From a virus (taxonomy: Duplodnaviria > Caudoviricetes), in the IMG/VR virus record IMGVR_UViG_2509276065_000002, positions 50,119 through 114,118 of that record: DNA of 64,000 bases; one strand, given 5' to 3'. The notes beneath the pieces were generated by a model. That model was given only the letters and a program-made list of their open reading frames with translations. It searched no databases and was not told the origin of the DNA. The position numbers and the translations under genes are program-made. Shown here one piece after another: positions 1 through 8,838 of the stretch; positions within the stretch are counted from its first letter, which is position 1; each line of letters opens with the position of its first letter.

Positions 1-48
1 GATTTCGAAGCCGATCGACAAACGGAATGACCAAAGTCCCTGGGTTGC

Positions 49-213
49 ATGGCGTTCTACGTGACGGGCAGCGTGCTGGCCGCCCTCGTGTTCTTTGTCG
101 GATTGCTGCTGATCGCGTACGCACACGCTTCGAGCCTTCCGGCTCCGGAGGCTGGGTCGAGGAGTAACTGTCCGCCTCAGGGCAGCCTAAAGGAACCTAC
201 GCAAAACCCCTGA
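49..213 (+). CDS. possible small membrane peptide (54 aa)
   Basis: Read by eye: MAFYVTGSVLAALVFFVGLLLIAYAHASSLP..., one hydrophobic helix, ends just before the bidirectional terminator; below the ORF-track size cut-off. Confidence 0.3.
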   Translation: MAFYVTGSVLAALVFFVGLLLIAYAHASSLPAPEAGSRSNCPPQGSLKEPTQNP

Positions 214-226
214 CGATACCCAAGCG

Positions 227-260
227 AAAAAAGCCCCTGCCGATTCCCGGCAGGGGCTTT
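227..260. terminator. bidirectional rho-independent terminator at the end of the late operon
   Basis: AAAAAAGCCCCTGCCG-ATTCC-CGGCAGGGGCTTT hairpin with A/T tracts on both sides. Confidence 0.85.
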
Positions 261-262
261 CG

Positions 263-745
263 TTACCGCTTCAGGTAAATCAGGATTGGCCTGACTCCAG
301 AGGCCGGTCGGTAAAACGACGCGCTCGCGGTATCCACCCGGCCATTGGTGAAGGCCAGCGTGAAGTAGGATCTGGCCGCGACGTTCGGAATGGTGCAGCG
401 CCACCAGCCCGGCACCGGCAACGGTTGCCCGTTCGATTCCTCTGTGACGGCCGTGCACAGCTTCGCGGCTCCGGCGTCCGGGGTGAGTCCCGCGCTTCCC
501 ACCACCAGCACACCCGGTCCATCCTGCGGATCGGTCGGATCACCCGTGACCGGCGCGTCCGACGGGTTCGTGAGGGTCACCGCGTCCACCGCCGCGCAGA
601 AGCCCTCAGCGGTCGGACATTTCAGCGCGGGCAGCAGTTGCGCGCTTTCCTCCTGCACCCGTTCGAGCCCCCGCGACAGCGCCTGCCGGGGCGCACACGA
701 CACGAGCGGTATTACCAGCAACGTCAACATCCACAGCCGCTTCAT
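263..745 (-). CDS. lipoprotein at the end of the lysis cassette (possible spanin-like component)
   Basis: MKRLWMLTLLVIPLVS-C lipobox; last gene of the late operon. Confidence 0.6.
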   Translation of the reverse strand: MKRLWMLTLLVIPLVSCAPRQALSRGLERVQEESAQLLPALKCPTAEGFCAAVDAVTLTNPSDAPVTGDPTDPQDGPGVLVVGSAGLTPDAGAAKLCTAVTEESNGQPLPVPGWWRCTIPNVAARSYFTLAFTNGRVDTASASFYRPASGVRPILIYLKR

Positions 746-942
746 AGTCCACGCTCCCGCAAGGCACGCTCCAGGCGGACCTGCAGATCCAGGCGGGTGT
801 CGGCGTTGAGGTACGCGCTGCCCTCGAAGAGGTCGTCGAGGACCTGGCCGGCCGCTTCGGTCGCGCCGTCCGGTACGCGGTCCGCCTGGCCGAAGCGTTG
901 CAGCAGCAGGTCCAGCACCATCTTCAGGAGTTGCGCTCTCAT
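742..942 (-). CDS. hypothetical protein (66 aa)
   Basis: ATGA overlaps with both neighbours; upstream GGAGG. Confidence 0.6.
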   Translation of the reverse strand: MRAQLLKMVLDLLLQRFGQADRVPDGATEAAGQVLDDLFEGSAYLNADTRLDLQVRLERALRERGL

Positions 943-1439
943 ATCCTCCCTCGTCCTGTTTTCGGCGTGGGCGTGTCCACTGACCGGATGGGTTCCGCAG
1001 CCTCCACCCCGCTTTTGGTGGACTGCTGCAGCTTTACGTAATCACCGAGTCCCTTCAGGACCGCCGTGACGAACGCGATGCCAGCCGCCGTCCAGCCTTC
1101 GACGCCTTGCCCAAACGCGCCGGTGGCAAGGCCGAAAATGGCGGTGATGAGCGTGACGAGGAGGATGTACACGACGCGGGTCACGGTGCCATGCGTAGCG
1201 CCGTACCGCTTCACGAGCGCCGTGATGGGTGACGCGATCTCCTTGACGAGCCAACCCACCGCAGCGGAAATCAGCGCCCAGAGCTCCGGGGGAATGCTGT
1301 ACTTCCCAACGACCACCATGCCGTCCTGCGCGAGTACGAACGGCACGAACAGCATCAGCAGCAACGCGAAACCGAACGTCAGCAGGAAATGCAGGCGCAG
1401 TGCACTGAAGCACCGCAGGGCCATCACAAAACTGTTCAT
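939..1439 (-). CDS. multi-pass membrane protein, holin candidate
   Basis: GGAGG RBS before MNSFVMAL...; 3-4 hydrophobic helices; charged C-terminus; lysis-region context. Confidence 0.6.
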   Translation of the reverse strand: MNSFVMALRCFSALRLHFLLTFGFALLLMLFVPFVLAQDGMVVVGKYSIPPELWALISAAVGWLVKEIASPITALVKRYGATHGTVTRVVYILLVTLITAIFGLATGAFGQGVEGWTAAGIAFVTAVLKGLGDYVKLQQSTKSGVEAAEPIRSVDTPTPKTGRGRI

Positions 1440-1524
1440 GGTGTTGCCTCCAAACAAGGCGGGTCGCCCTGACGAGCGACCCTGGTCGAATTGCCTCTGC
1501 GCCACCCAGCGCACCTGGCCCATG

Positions 1525-1553
1525 AAAAATCACGCGGTGACCTCACCGCGTGA
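1525..1553 (-). terminator. rho-independent terminator
   Basis: TCACGCGGTGA-GG-TCACCGCGTGA followed by TTTTT on the minus strand. Confidence 0.7.
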
Positions 1554-1569
1554 AGAGCAGACTGCAAGG

Positions 1570-1818
1570 GTGTCGAACTCTCTCTCTTCGTCCTGGATCG
1601 ACCAACTCACCCCCACCCAACGCCAGCAGCTGCAGTGGCTCACCGCGCATCAATGCGAAGTGCAAGCCGTGTGCGTCAAACCAAACCACACCCGGCTGGA
1701 AGTCATCGTGAAGCCTCACATCCTACTCGTCGAAAGCGCACCGAACGTCCGAGAAGCGTTCGAGGTCGTGCACCGGTTGGCCCGGTACTTGATCACGAAG
1801 TCGCTGCACCTGCCGTAG
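1570..1818 (+). CDS. hypothetical moron protein, opposite strand to the late operon
   Basis: Protein-like ORF (WIDQLTPTQRQQLQWL...) filling the gap between two minus-strand genes; start uncertain (ATG 1522 or GTG 1570). Confidence 0.55.
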   Translation: MSNSLSSSWIDQLTPTQRQQLQWLTAHQCEVQAVCVKPNHTRLEVIVKPHILLVESAPNVREAFEVVHRLARYLITKSLHLP

Positions 1819-1843
1819 TGTCCACCCTGGTGGACACGGTAGT

Positions 1844-3607
1844 TCACCGAGCCACGTCTTGCGCGCCGATGTGCACGCGGCCTTCTATGACCGGCAGGCC
1901 CAGCAGGCGCAATGGGGCGCCCGTGCCTGTCCACACGGCGGGACTGCCCGCCGAGAGACGCAGGTCGTTCGCGCCCGGGTTCACGAGGCGCGGATCGACC
2001 GTGCGGTTCGTCGTGGGGCGCGTGGCACCGTTCGTGTAGCGCACGCTGGGATTCCCGCCGACGCGCCAGAAGAGGTTGTGACCGTCATCGAAGGTGCCGT
2101 CCGTCCACAGCGCGTGGTTGCGGTCGTTAAGGCTCTGCTGCTGCACGATGATGTTGTTACGCGCGCTGAGAATCTCGGGTGAGCAGCCGTCCGAACAGAG
2201 GATGCCGTCCCGCACGCCCCAGGCGGTGTTGTTGTAAAAGCGCGTGCCGGGATTGCCGCCCCACTTGGCGCCGTGACCACGCACGATCAGCGTCTGCCCT
2301 CCCACCCTGGTGCTGTAGGCATTGAAGGCGAAGGTGTTGTTCTCGCTGCGGCAAGTGGGCGTACCGCCCAGTTCGGCCATGGTCGTTTCGTCCACCAGGG
2401 TGTTTTCGAGGATCAGATTGCCGCTGGTCTTGTACAGCTCGAACGACGCGCCCTCGACACCGTAGTCCTCGCTGCAGCCGGAATTGCCGCTGAAGTAGTT
2501 GTTGATGACCCGGTTGTTTTTACCGTTGAGCAGCACGCCCCACGCGCCGGAGTCGTCGTCGTACTTCACGCTCGCGGGCGTGTTGGTACTGATGACGGTG
2601 TTCTTCACGAGCCGCGAGTCGCGCACCTCGTTGTGTTCGCTGCCCTCCTGGAAGTGCACGCCGGCGGTCATGCCGTAGGCCGTGCTTTGCCGCACGACAT
2701 TGTTTCGCGCGGAAGCGGTGAAGGTGAAACCCGTCGTCCAGCCCTGCGGCTGATTGGGACACCGGAGGGTGCCGCTGAAGGAGGGGTTCTTGGCCTTCCA
2801 GCTGCTCGGCAGGTCCGCACTGACCTGCAGATGCTCGAAGATCAACCACTCCCCGCGGATCTGCACCACCGGCCCGTTGCTGCTGCCCTTCACGAGAGGA
2901 GAGTCACCATTCGTGCCGTACGCGCTGATCACGATGGGTTTTTCACGCGTGCCTTTCCAGGTGGCGTTCAGCACCTCCTTGAACACCTGCCCCTTGCGCA
3001 GCCGCAAGGTCGCTCCGGGCGGCAGGACCTCCCGGCTGGCGCGCGCCAAACTCTTCCAGGGTCGTGCCTGCGTACCGGGATTCGTGTCGTTGCCGCTGAC
3101 GGCGTCCACGTACCACGCGGGCGTCACCTGGGCAGGTTGCACCACGACGGGCGCGTCGCCTTCCACCGTGACTTCCGTGATGGCGCTGGCGGTGTTCTGG
3201 GTGTTGCCGAAACTCGTGACGCGCACGAAACGCGCGGTGCTCGGCGTGAGGTCGAAGGGTTGCAATTCACGCGACAGGCCGGAACTGATGCCGAGCGGCA
3301 GCACCTGCCGCCACGTCGTACCGTCACTGGACGTCTCGACGAGAAACGCTGCCCGGCGCGCGTCACCCGCGTAGAAGGCGACGTTCAGGCGCCGCACGAC
3401 CGAATTCGCGGGCACTTCCACTGTGAAGGTGTGGTAGGGCTGGCCGGGCGTCCAGTCGGCACTCCACCAGGTGTTGAGGTTGCGGTCGATCGCGGCGGAA
3501 GCGGGATTGGTGGATTTCTGTGCGGACGCAGTGACACCCCGGATGGTGAGGGGTGCGGCGAGCGCGAGTGAACCCGTCAGGACGAGCAAAGGAAACAGGC
3601 GGTGCAT
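1844..3607 (-). CDS. secreted protein: discoidin (F5/8 type C) domain plus right-handed beta-helix (pectin-lyase-like)
   Basis: Signal peptide MHRLFPLLVLTGSLALA; AIDRNLNTWWS...ARFVRVT discoidin motifs; YVDAVSGNDTNPGT motif; Asn-rich beta-helix repeats; C-terminal HIGAQD. Confidence 0.8.
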   Translation of the reverse strand: MHRLFPLLVLTGSLALAAPLTIRGVTASAQKSTNPASAAIDRNLNTWWSADWTPGQPYHTFTVEVPANSVVRRLNVAFYAGDARRAAFLVETSSDGTTWRQVLPLGISSGLSRELQPFDLTPSTARFVRVTSFGNTQNTASAITEVTVEGDAPVVVQPAQVTPAWYVDAVSGNDTNPGTQARPWKSLARASREVLPPGATLRLRKGQVFKEVLNATWKGTREKPIVISAYGTNGDSPLVKGSSNGPVVQIRGEWLIFEHLQVSADLPSSWKAKNPSFSGTLRCPNQPQGWTTGFTFTASARNNVVRQSTAYGMTAGVHFQEGSEHNEVRDSRLVKNTVISTNTPASVKYDDDSGAWGVLLNGKNNRVINNYFSGNSGCSEDYGVEGASFELYKTSGNLILENTLVDETTMAELGGTPTCRSENNTFAFNAYSTRVGGQTLIVRGHGAKWGGNPGTRFYNNTAWGVRDGILCSDGCSPEILSARNNIIVQQQSLNDRNHALWTDGTFDDGHNLFWRVGGNPSVRYTNGATRPTTNRTVDPRLVNPGANDLRLSAGSPAVWTGTGAPLRLLGLPVIEGRVHIGAQDVAR

Positions 3608-3629
3608 AGGGCAACCTCCGTAAAACAGC

Positions 3630-3649
3630 GTGGACTCCGAGGAGTCCAC
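3630..3649 (-). terminator. hairpin / weak terminator between amidase and beta-helix gene
   Basis: GTGGACTCC-NN-GGAGTCCAC then GCTGTTTT on the minus strand. Confidence 0.45.
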
Positions 3650-3664
3650 TGGGCAGATTGAGCT

Positions 3665-4300
3665 TCACTTCTTGCCGGAGACGAGCACCGTGCCGTCATC
3701 ACGCCGCGTGACCGTCAAACCGCCGTAACGGGTGACTTCCCCGGTCATGCGGACTTCCCCACCGCCAGGCTCTTCGAAGAACACTTCCGCGAGGGCGTCC
3801 AGCGGGGGTGGTTGAATCAACACCAACGCCGAGCGAACCAGGGTCACGTACCGCTCCCACGGCCAGGTGGGACCCGGGCAGTTCTTGCGGGCCGTGCGTT
3901 TCGGGTTGACTTCGTTGTGCCCGATCAGGTGCGTGCGGTCCGCGGGAATGCCGTAGCGCAGGCACAAGCCGGCCACGAGGCTCGCGCTGGCCCGCAGTTG
4001 CGCGTCGCTGGGCGTCCAGGGTTCCACGCTGGGGCGTCCCTCGTGCTCGATGCCGATCGAGCGGCGGTTCATCAAGGTGTCCCCGGCATGCCAGGCGGTG
4101 TCGTCCTCCCGCACGCTCTGCCCCACCCGGCCGTTCATTGCGACGGTGTAGTGCGCGCTGACGTTGCAGTCGGGATTGGCGAACCAGCTGAGGGTGCCGT
4201 CGTACGAACCGTCCGCCACGTGAATCACCACCCGGTCGATGGGCACCCCGCGACCGCGCGCGTAATTTCCACCGTGGGCAGGTCGTTGTTCGATGCTCAT
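3665..4300 (-). CDS. endolysin, N-acetylmuramoyl-L-alanine amidase (Amidase_2)
   Basis: VVIH, SAHY, AWHAG, SIGIEHEG, GHNEV and CPG zinc-amidase motifs. Confidence 0.92.
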   Translation of the reverse strand: MSIEQRPAHGGNYARGRGVPIDRVVIHVADGSYDGTLSWFANPDCNVSAHYTVAMNGRVGQSVREDDTAWHAGDTLMNRRSIGIEHEGRPSVEPWTPSDAQLRASASLVAGLCLRYGIPADRTHLIGHNEVNPKRTARKNCPGPTWPWERYVTLVRSALVLIQPPPLDALAEVFFEEPGGGEVRMTGEVTRYGGLTVTRRDDGTVLVSGKK

Positions 4301-4590
4301 GCGCTTTCCCTTCGGGTGGTCTGGTGCTTCCGCAGGCGCCGTGGGCGTTGCCGGAGCGTCACCAGGGTGATCAACAGCAGGTGCAGCGCCACCCCGCCCG
4401 CCAGGACCAGCAGCGCCATACCCATCCCGGGCAGCCACACGGCGAGGCCGACGACCATCAACGCGGAGAGCAGCCCGGATATTTTGAAGGCGTTTTCTCG
4501 TCTGAACAGCCAGATCAGCGTCGTCGACGCGCCGAGAGCGAAGGCCAGCAGCAGCGTCGTGAGTTCCACGTACGCGAGCGCTTCATTCAT
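4297..4590 (-). CDS. three-helix membrane protein, holin-like
   Basis: Three hydrophobic segments, basic C-terminus, overlaps the amidase start. Confidence 0.6.
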   Translation of the reverse strand: MNEALAYVELTTLLLAFALGASTTLIWLFRRENAFKISGLLSALMVVGLAVWLPGMGMALLVLAGGVALHLLLITLVTLRQRPRRLRKHQTTRRESA

Positions 4591-5050
4591 CGCGGTCCTC
4601 CTGAGGGGTTTCGTATCGGGCGAGCGCGGCGCGCATCACCTCGAAATCCTCGCGCAGTTCGCTCGCGCGCACTTCCAGCCGCGCATACTCCACGCGCATG
4701 CGGTCATTCGCGCGGAAAGTGCGCTCAGCCTGCCGGGCGAGCAGTTCGAGCGTGATCGACCCGGCACTGAGAAACGCGGCGAGCGTCATGGTGCGAATCG
4801 ATGACAACAACGGCAGGCTTTCGCTGCTGGGCGCCAGGAACACCAGCACTTCCAGCACGCCAGGAACGTCCGCGGAGACCATCAGGACGTACAGGAGTCC
4901 GCAGAGCACCATCACGACCGCCCAGGCGTACAAGGCGGGGTTGTGCGCGCGGGTGGCCCAGCGGATCACCTGAAAGGAGAGCGCGCCGATGCTGCCCACC
5001 AACCACGCGAGCGCCAGCACCGCCAGAAATTCTTCACGGCTGACTGCCAT
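4583..5050 (-). CDS. membrane protein with C-terminal coiled coil
   Basis: GAGG RBS before MAVSREEF; hydrophobic N-terminal part; heptad-like tail. Confidence 0.6.
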   Translation of the reverse strand: MAVSREEFLAVLALAWLVGSIGALSFQVIRWATRAHNPALYAWAVVMVLCGLLYVLMVSADVPGVLEVLVFLAPSSESLPLLSSIRTMTLAAFLSAGSITLELLARQAERTFRANDRMRVEYARLEVRASELREDFEVMRAALARYETPQEDRDE

Positions 5051-5246
5051 CGTCGTCCTCTTCTTTCTTGGCTCGGTTGTTGACCATCCCGGCGATGGCG
5101 GTGACCAGCGTGCCGGCCAGCGTGAACAGCGGCACGCCGATCTCACGGTCGAACGTGCCGGTGACGGCGTAACGAAACACGACGGCCAGCAGTGCCACGC
5201 CGACGCAGACGGCGAATGAGATCAAGATCCAGAAGGTGCTTCCCAC
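5034..5246 (-). CDS. small two-helix membrane protein, holin-like
   Basis: GGAGG RBS then GTG; two hydrophobic helices; charged tail. Confidence 0.6.
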   Translation of the reverse strand: MGSTFWILISFAVCVGVALLAVVFRYAVTGTFDREIGVPLFTLAGTLVTAIAGMVNNRAKKEEDDDGSQP

Positions 5247-5334
5247 GGTTCCTCCCCTCACCCGGCGGGGAGCGGACGCGCGGCGTGCCGCCCGCGCGTC
5301 CGTGAGGAATCACCGGTCCGTATAGTGCAAGGAG

Positions 5335-6123
5335 TCACCGTTCGACGGCCTCGACCGTCCAGAAGTCCGCCGCGAGGTCAGGGTGGGTGACGTAGGCGTA
5401 CGGCAGCCAGAAGTACCCGTCGAGTCCCCAGTCCGCGCCCCAGGAGTTGCGGCACAAGAAGCGCTGCGCGCTGTCGGTGTACCCGCACATCAGCACCGCG
5501 TGTCCACCCCGCATCCGCTCGGACGCGCTGGGCATCGGGACCACGCCCGTGCGGGCCACGAGTTGCGTCATCAGCGAGTCGTACACCGCGAAGCCGAACG
5601 CGATGGGCAGACCACTCGCGAGGGTCGCTTTGAGGGCCTGCTCGGTCTGATCGACGCGAGCGTACCGCAAAGCCTGATTCACCTGCCCGGAGCGGTACGC
5701 GCTCGCGTAGGGCCTTCTGGCGTACCGGGGAATGCGGTACGGCCAGTACGACTCGGGCGGAGCACCGTACTCATTCACGACTTTCGCGGCGGTGCGCAAG
5801 GTCGCACCGGCGTCCTCGTTCACGGTGCCTTCCATCAGGCGGCTGTTGTAGTACAAGAACAGCGTGGAGGGTCGTCGTGACGCCTTGCCGCGTTTGATGC
5901 GGTCGTACTCCACCGCGGCGGCCATGGTCTGCGCAGTGCAGCTGCCCAGTTGCCCCTGGTCGTACACCGGAGGCATGAACGCCCGCAGGTCCGCAGAGGG
6001 TGGCAGGTCAGTGGTCATCAGCTGGGTGGGGAGCGATTGCCGGAAATCCCGGAAGTCCGGTACGTCTGGGATCCAGCCGAAGGGATTGTCGCGTTTGCGT
6101 GCCCGGAAAAGAACATTGAGCAT
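5335..6123 (-). CDS. papain-like cysteine peptidase (C1A family)
   Basis: DLR, QGQLGSC (catalytic Cys), GGHAV (His), NSWG (Asn) and WGLDGYFW motifs; AGGAGG RBS. Confidence 0.92.
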   Translation of the reverse strand: MLNVLFRARKRDNPFGWIPDVPDFRDFRQSLPTQLMTTDLPPSADLRAFMPPVYDQGQLGSCTAQTMAAAVEYDRIKRGKASRRPSTLFLYYNSRLMEGTVNEDAGATLRTAAKVVNEYGAPPESYWPYRIPRYARRPYASAYRSGQVNQALRYARVDQTEQALKATLASGLPIAFGFAVYDSLMTQLVARTGVVPMPSASERMRGGHAVLMCGYTDSAQRFLCRNSWGADWGLDGYFWLPYAYVTHPDLAADFWTVEAVER

Positions 6124-6308
6124 ACGTCCTCCTAGAGGGCGGTGGCGGGCAGCACCCGGTAGGTGGTGTCCACGATGATGACGGAGCGGTCGAAGACCTG
6201 CAGCCGGTACCTCGCCCCATACCTCGTGGCAGGCAGCGCTTGCGGCTCCCCACCGTCCTGAGCAGTCGTCTTGGCCGTCTTGGATTCCTTTCGTGCCCAT
6301 CGGGCGGG

Positions 6309-8780
6309 TCACGGTCGTTCGTACGGTCCTCGGTCGACCGTGCCGGCCGGCACGGGATTCCCGGCGAGGTCTTGCGCGATGGTGACGGTTTCGGTGCCGC
6401 CACTGCTGTTGATGACTCGCGAGAAGGACAGCGGCACGCTGGAGCCGTTGTTCAGCGCTTTCGCGGCAGTGGATTTGAGGTTGAAGTTGAAGTTCAGCGG
6501 ATCGACGAACAGCGACGCCATGTCGGCGTTGCTCAGGCGGCTGTCCCCGGTGCCGCTGAGGTTGGTGGTGTTGCCGGTCAGGCCCGTGCCGGTGGTGATG
6601 ATGTTCCCCGAGGAGTCCAGGCTGAGACGCCCGACGAGGTTGTGGCTGGTCGCGGGCGTGACGTCCGCCCAGAATTCACTTTTCTGTCCTTTCCCGCCGC
6701 ACGGCGCGGTGCGGGTGTAGATGCGGCAGCCGTACCCGTCGTTGAGGCGCGCGGTGTGCCAGCCGATCAGGATGTTGTTGCGGAATTCCAGCACGTCATC
6801 CTCGCAGGTGTCCGAGCAGCTCACGCCCACCTGCGTGCCGTACGCGACGTTGTTGAACGCTTTCGCGCCCGCCTGCCCACCGAACGAGCTGCCGCCCTTG
6901 TACCCACGCATCACCAGGAACTCCCCGGAGCCGGTGGCCAGGCCGCTGATGGGAGCGAAGGCGTTGTACGCCATCACGTTGTGCACCGACGTGCCGCCCA
7001 TCTCGACGAAGGTGCCGCTGTTGATGCTGATGTTGTGGTGGTAGTACCCGTACGAGGACGAGAAGATCTCGATGTCCGCGCCTTCCTGCCCGTAATCCTC
7101 GCTGCAGGGCACGTTGTTCTCCGCGAAGAGACTCCAGCCGACCTCGTTGTTGTTCGAGCGGGGATTCACGCCGAACCCACCGGAGTCATCGTCGTACTTG
7201 CTGGTGCTGGGACTGTTGGACTTGTTGTTGAAGTTCACGTCCCCATCCGGGTTGTACCCGCCGTACAGCGAGTCGTACACGTTGCCGTCCCCGTCTCGGT
7301 CGACGTTCTCGTACAGCGCCGGGGTGTTGGTGCTGGCGAGGTCGTTGTGGTGGACGTAGCTGTGCAGCAGCCGGTGGTATCCTCCGCCCGCCATGTACAC
7401 GCCTGCCGTGGCGCGGGACGCTTCGACGTACTGCAAGGTGTTGCGCGCGCCGGTCAGGGTGAACCCGGTCTTCCAGCCGGTCGGGTTCTGGCAGCTGCGG
7501 ATGTAGGTGTACCCGCTCGGGACGTAGTTGCTGGGCATCTGCCACGCGCCGGGCCGGCCGCTGTCCGCGATTCGTGCGCTGACGTTGTCGAAGGTGACGT
7601 CCGAAGCGGCGCTGTTCACGGTGGCTTCGTTGGCGCTGCCCAGGGCGCGGTTCTCGATGACCGGGTTGTTTCCGGCGATGACCGGCCCGAGCCGGACGGG
7701 TCCGGTGGTGGGCGCGCCGTACGCGCCGATGACGACGTTGCTGCTGGTACTACCCGAATCGCCAGAGGCGAGCGTCAAGGGTCCCGCGTAGGCGTACCCA
7801 CGCCGCAGGTACACGCCGTCTCCGGCATTGAGGTCGGCGTTGTTGACGGGCGTGAGGGTCCGCCAGGCAGTCGAGGGCGTGCGACCGTCGTTGCTGTCAC
7901 TGCCCGCGCTGGCGTCCACGTAATACCGCTGGGTGGTGCCACCCGCGTTCGCGAGGCTCACCTGGTTGGTGTCCTCAGTTGTGGCGATATTGACGGTCAG
8001 AGCCACCGCCGCGCTGAGGGTGCTGTTGCCCGCCGCGTCGTACGCCCGGGCAGTGTAACTGTACGAGCCGTTCTGGGTGCTGCTGGTGAAAGACGCGTCA
8101 TGCTCGTACGGCGCGAAGTTCTCGGTGTGCACCAAGCTGCCGTCCCGGTAGAACTCTACTTTCTGCACTCCGATGTTGTCGGTCGCCGTGGCAGTCAGGC
8201 GGGTGGTGCTGGAGGTGGTGATGCTGGTGCTGGCCGCCGCGAGGCTCACGACGGGCGCCAGCACGTCACCGGTCTGCAAGTTGGTGCCGCTCGCGGTGAA
8301 CAGCTTGACTTCCCGGATGCCGATCAGGGCGGGGCCCTTGTTGGGATCGACGAGTTTGTGGATGATGATGCGCACGTAGCGTGCGTCGGTGCGTGCGAAC
8401 GTGTAGCGGGTGAGTTGTTCGCTCGCGGTGGATTCGATGTTGCGCAGCACTTTCGTCCAGCTGCTGCGGTCGCTGGAGACTTCCACGTCGAAGGTGTAGG
8501 TGCGGCCCAGCGCGCCCCACAAGCCCAGCCAGATGCCGTCGAGGGGCCGCACGGCTTTGGTGTCCATCACGACTTCCTGCGGCAGACCACGGGCGTACCA
8601 GACGGTGCTCTCGTTGTTGTCGGTCATGTTCCCGGCGGGGAAACCGAAGGTGGGCCTGAGGATGCCGGGCGCTTCCAGCGGGATGGGGTCAACGGCGAGC
8701 GCGGCCCCCGCCAGGAGGGCCGCGCCGAGTGTCAGATGCCAGGTCAGGCGAAACCCGGCCTGCGAAAAAAAGCGTTTCAC
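6309..8780 (-). CDS. secreted protein: discoidin + Ig-like + right-handed beta-helix; paralogue of 1844-3607
   Basis: Signal-like LTLGAALLAGAALA; discoidin ARYVRI; Ig-like ATATDNIGVQKVEFY...YTARAYDAAGN; YYVDASAGSDSNDG; C-terminal DRGPYE. Confidence 0.8.
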   Translation of the reverse strand: MKRFFSQAGFRLTWHLTLGAALLAGAALAVDPIPLEAPGILRPTFGFPAGNMTDNNESTVWYARGLPQEVVMDTKAVRPLDGIWLGLWGALGRTYTFDVEVSSDRSSWTKVLRNIESTASEQLTRYTFARTDARYVRIIIHKLVDPNKGPALIGIREVKLFTASGTNLQTGDVLAPVVSLAAASTSITTSSTTRLTATATDNIGVQKVEFYRDGSLVHTENFAPYEHDASFTSSTQNGSYSYTARAYDAAGNSTLSAAVALTVNIATTEDTNQVSLANAGGTTQRYYVDASAGSDSNDGRTPSTAWRTLTPVNNADLNAGDGVYLRRGYAYAGPLTLASGDSGSTSSNVVIGAYGAPTTGPVRLGPVIAGNNPVIENRALGSANEATVNSAASDVTFDNVSARIADSGRPGAWQMPSNYVPSGYTYIRSCQNPTGWKTGFTLTGARNTLQYVEASRATAGVYMAGGGYHRLLHSYVHHNDLASTNTPALYENVDRDGDGNVYDSLYGGYNPDGDVNFNNKSNSPSTSKYDDDSGGFGVNPRSNNNEVGWSLFAENNVPCSEDYGQEGADIEIFSSSYGYYHHNISINSGTFVEMGGTSVHNVMAYNAFAPISGLATGSGEFLVMRGYKGGSSFGGQAGAKAFNNVAYGTQVGVSCSDTCEDDVLEFRNNILIGWHTARLNDGYGCRIYTRTAPCGGKGQKSEFWADVTPATSHNLVGRLSLDSSGNIITTGTGLTGNTTNLSGTGDSRLSNADMASLFVDPLNFNFNLKSTAAKALNNGSSVPLSFSRVINSSGGTETVTIAQDLAGNPVPAGTVDRGPYERP

Positions 8781-8838
8781 GTGCTCTTCCGTGAAACGAG
8801 GGGCACGACAAAGCGTCGGTCCATGTTGCCTCCTGTGC

